This document shows, piece by piece, positions 61,859 to 64,000 of a stretch of 64,000 bases of DNA. The DNA lies in the NCBI GenBank assembly GCA_026165385.1, contig GCA_026165385.1_4524.1. One strand, 5' to 3'. This DNA is from a phage. The notes beneath the pieces were generated by a model. The model did no database searches. It saw only the letters and a program-made list of their open reading frames with translations, and was not told the origin of the DNA. Made by a program: the position numbers and the translations under genes. Every line of letters begins with the position of its first letter. The first letter of the stretch is position 1.

Positions 61859-62491
61859 TCACAGTACGTTAGTTACAAGGGTAATGATTTCTTTGGACAC
61901 ATTAGGGAAGTCAATGTAAGTATATTTACCACCGATCTTAATCTTAACATCATTTTCAAGAGAAGTAAACAGCTTTGATTCAGTTTCTGACATGTTGTAT
62001 GCAAAGATTCTAAGAGAACCATCTCGACGAATTTCAATTTGGCGAATACCTAGAACTCGTTTTGCAAATCGAACTTCCAAGTTACTACGGTTTTCACCAA
62101 TTTCTTTAACTTCGACTTTATCTTTAATATTTTCAAAAACAAAGTTTGCCAGTTCATGCATTTCAGGAGTAACTCCACGTGCTTTTCTGGTGTTACGTTT
62201 CTGAAGAAGTTCTGGAGCATTTTCTTGGGCAAAGAGGTCTGCAGCTTTTTGGATAATATCCATTGCTTCGCCTGTTGCTACAAGTCCATCACCGGATTTT
62301 TCGACTAAACCTTTCTTAATCAATACACCAATGTTAGAGTTAACAACTGATGCATTGTATTCTGCTTCCAGAGCTTCACGGACATTGGCAGCAGTGGTGA
62401 AGTTGTTCTTAATGATATAAACCATTATTGTGGCAGTTTTTTCATTCAGAGCGTTTTCAGAAGCTTTGATGATGTAAGTAACTTTAGACAT
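61859..62491 (-). CDS. motA: Middle-transcription activator MotA
   Basis: 210 aa; matches T4 MotA (MSKVTYIIKAS...NSNIGVLIKKGLVEKSGDGL...). Confidence 0.93.
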   Translation of the reverse strand: MSKVTYIIKASENALNEKTATIMVYIIKNNFTTAANVREALEAEYNASVVNSNIGVLIKKGLVEKSGDGLVATGEAMDIIQKAADLFAQENAPELLQKRNTRKARGVTPEMHELANFVFENIKDKVEVKEIGENRSNLEVRFAKRVLGIRQIEIRRDGSLRIFAYNMSETESKLFTSLENDVKIKIGGKYTYIDFPNVSKEIITLVTNVL

Positions 62492-62550
62492 TTTATTTCT
62501 CCAATTTGGTTGTTTTGTTTTGATAGGTCTATAATATCATGTTTGAAGCA
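62483..62550 (-). repeat. 68-bp direct repeat, copy A (motA promoter, leader and first codons)
   Basis: Identical to 62805..62872; includes the ATG and first three codons of motA. Confidence 0.85.
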
Positions 62551-62559
62551 AAAGTAAAC
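62531..62559 (-). promoter_or_regulatory. Early/middle promoter upstream of motA (GTTTAC, TGCTTCA, TATTAT)
   Basis: Minus strand GTTTACtttTGCTTCAaacatgatatTATTAT; part of the duplicated cassette. Confidence 0.55.
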
Positions 62560-62597
62560 TTTATTTTGGGCTCTTTTTCCAAAAGCCCTGGTAAAAT

Positions 62598-62813
62598 TTA
62601 CAAACTCATTTCTTTAATAAGGTCAATAAGTTTTGCCTTTTTAGAACGAAGCTTTTCTAAACGATGTCCATTTGAACCGCGAACCACTAAAGAATTGATT
62701 TCAACTTCTAAGAAATTTAATTCTTCAACAAGTGCTTTACGGGGAGCATTCATACCAGGTTTAACTTTACCGAAACGAGTAGTTGTGTTTTGGGTTAATT
62801 TCATTTTAGACAT
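62598..62813 (-). CDS. Hypothetical basic protein (52.1 position)
   Basis: 71 aa ORF; shares promoter, leader and first three codons (MSK) with motA through a duplicated cassette. Confidence 0.5.
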   Translation of the reverse strand: MSKMKLTQNTTTRFGKVKPGMNAPRKALVEELNFLEVEINSLVVRGSNGHRLEKLRSKKAKLIDLIKEMSL

Positions 62814-62872
62814 TTTATTTCTCCAATTTGGTTGTTTTGTTTTGATAGGTCTATAATATCATGTTTGAAGCA
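62805..62872 (-). repeat. 68-bp direct repeat, copy B (52.1-like ORF promoter, leader and first codons)
   Basis: Identical to 62483..62550; a shorter 26-bp core recurs at 45873..45898. Confidence 0.85.
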
Positions 62873-62881
62873 CGTGTAAAC
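62853..62881 (-). promoter_or_regulatory. Early/middle promoter upstream of the 52.1-like ORF (duplicate of the motA promoter)
   Basis: Minus strand GTTTACacgTGCTTCAaacatgatatTATTAT; second copy of the cassette. Confidence 0.55.
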
Positions 62882-62906
62882 TGTTTTGTGAGAAAAATGC
62901 ACAAAA

Positions 62907-62922
62907 GGGAGCCGAAGCTCCC
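62907..62922 (-). terminator. UUCG-tetraloop terminator downstream of gene 52
   Basis: GGGAGC-CGAA-GCTCCC with a U-rich tract following on the minus strand. Confidence 0.65.
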
Positions 62923-62998
62923 TAATCATGTTTGCCCAACCAATATAGCCAAATCACTAGTGCAGCTATTGCACCGAGAAATCCTAAGGCTAGGGCAC

Positions 62999-64000
62999 TC
63001 AAAGTGCCTCCAAGTCTTTAGTGTACTCTGTCACAACATCAGTAGACTTCCAATACTCATTTTCTTCTTTCTTAGCTTTAGCTTCTTCTGCTAGTTTACG
63101 TGCTTCGTCGGAAGTGATATGGAAGATGTTAAGACCTACCAGTTTATCGACATGTTCTTTATACATTTCGATTTGTGCTAGCTCTTCAGTCAAAGCTTTA
63201 CGAGTCTTGCCCTGAATCACAATTTCACCGTTGATAACTTTTTTGATGAAGTGTGCCTTAGCAAAAGCAAGTTTAAATGCTTTTTCAGATTCAAGGATTT
63301 TGTTGTCAATACGTTTCTGAACGTAAGTCTTACGGACTTCAACAAAATCTTTGATTAAGTCCACTACGTTATCGTAGACAGCTAATTTACCCTTTTCATT
63401 AATCACTGTGATGTTTTGTGAACGACGTTCGATGAGACTAAAATCTTTCATGATTTTTTCATGACGTAGCTCTTCATCATCAGGAAGCGAGTACTCTTTA
63501 CGGAACTTCACCTTAAACCCAAAGCCGTGTTCACCACAATCATCTTCCCATGAGATTAGACCTTTGTCTTCTAACGGGTCAAGAACCTTACTCACATACG
63601 TTTCACGGTCGAATTTATATGGGATTTCAGTTATCTGCATTTGAGTGCGAGATGTGAACTTATATGTTCCGTGAATCTCATAACGCCCATCAACTTCATG
63701 TACTTCACCACGGAATTCCGGGAATTCAACTTTTGGCTTAGTGACATTTTTACCTTGAAGAGCTTGTAATACAGCCTTTTTGACTGATTTAAAACTATGA
63801 GGCAGAATATTTGTTGCGTAACCGGTTGCAATACCAGAGACGCCATTCAAAAGAACTGTCGGAATAATAGGAAGATAGAATTTTGGTGGAATATGTTCTT
63901 TATCTTCATGAGCTGGAGCATATTCAGTATCTTTATATACGTTATAGAAATTTTTACTTACACGAGCAAAAATATAACGAGATGCTGCAGCTTTTTGGAC
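62999..64000 (-). CDS. 52: DNA topoisomerase II medium subunit gp52 (GyrA-like), 3' portion; 5' end beyond window
   Basis: Frame stays open upstream of the track's TTG start to the window edge; own translation gives KFYLPIIPTVLLNGVSGIATGYATN, a GyrA/ParC-type motif. Confidence 0.85.
   Translation of the reverse strand, partial: VQKAAASRYIFARVSKNFYNVYKDTEYAPAHEDKEHIPPKFYLPIIPTVLLNGVSGIATGYATNILPHSFKSVKKAVLQALQGKNVTKPKVEFPEFRGEVHEVDGRYEIHGTYKFTSRTQMQITEIPYKFDRETYVSKVLDPLEDKGLISWEDDCGEHGFGFKVKFRKEYSLPDDEELRHEKIMKDFSLIERRSQNITVINEKGKLAVYDNVVDLIKDFVEVRKTYVQKRIDNKILESEKAFKLAFAKAHFIKKVINGEIVIQGKTRKALTEELAQIEMYKEHVDKLVGLNIFHITSDEARKLAEEAKAKKEENEYWKSTDVVTEYTKDLEAL

Overview
This window is a near-complete slice of a T-even (T4-like, Tequatrovirus-type) myovirus genome, and almost every gene is collinear with phage T4. 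Plus-strand late blocks carry the structural genes: tail sheath 18, tail tube 19, portal 20, prohead core 67/68, protease 21, scaffold 22, major capsid 23, vertex 24; then uvsW; baseplate hub 51-27-28-29-48-54; long tail fibre 34-35-36-37-38 and holin t. Minus-strand early/middle blocks carry rnlB, hoc, inh-like, uvsY, 25, 26, alt, DNA ligase 30, a NADAR gene, rIII, 31, cd, pseT, a spanin pair, alc, rnlA, denA, nrdB, nrdA, td, frd, 32, 59, 33, dsbA, rnh, asiA, motA and the 3' part of topoisomerase gene 52. Assignments rest on reading the translated ORFs against remembered T4 protein sequences and on gene order; no database search was run. Regulatory signals are readable directly: TATAAATA late promoters, GTTTAC-N17/18-TAYTAT early promoters, a MotA-box middle promoter, and a family of GC-clamped UUCG-tetraloop hairpins at gene ends. 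The most unusual content is an intact class-I DAHP synthase gene (33327..34319) translationally coupled to cd, which I do not recall in T4. Other departures from T4 are a Hoc with a tandemly duplicated Ig-like domain, a T2-type adhesin module (gp37 C-terminal chaperone-like domain plus glycine-rich gp38), a duplicated promoter-leader cassette, and intron-less td/nrdB with no homing endonuclease genes. No tRNA genes, CRISPR arrays, integrases or transposases were seen.
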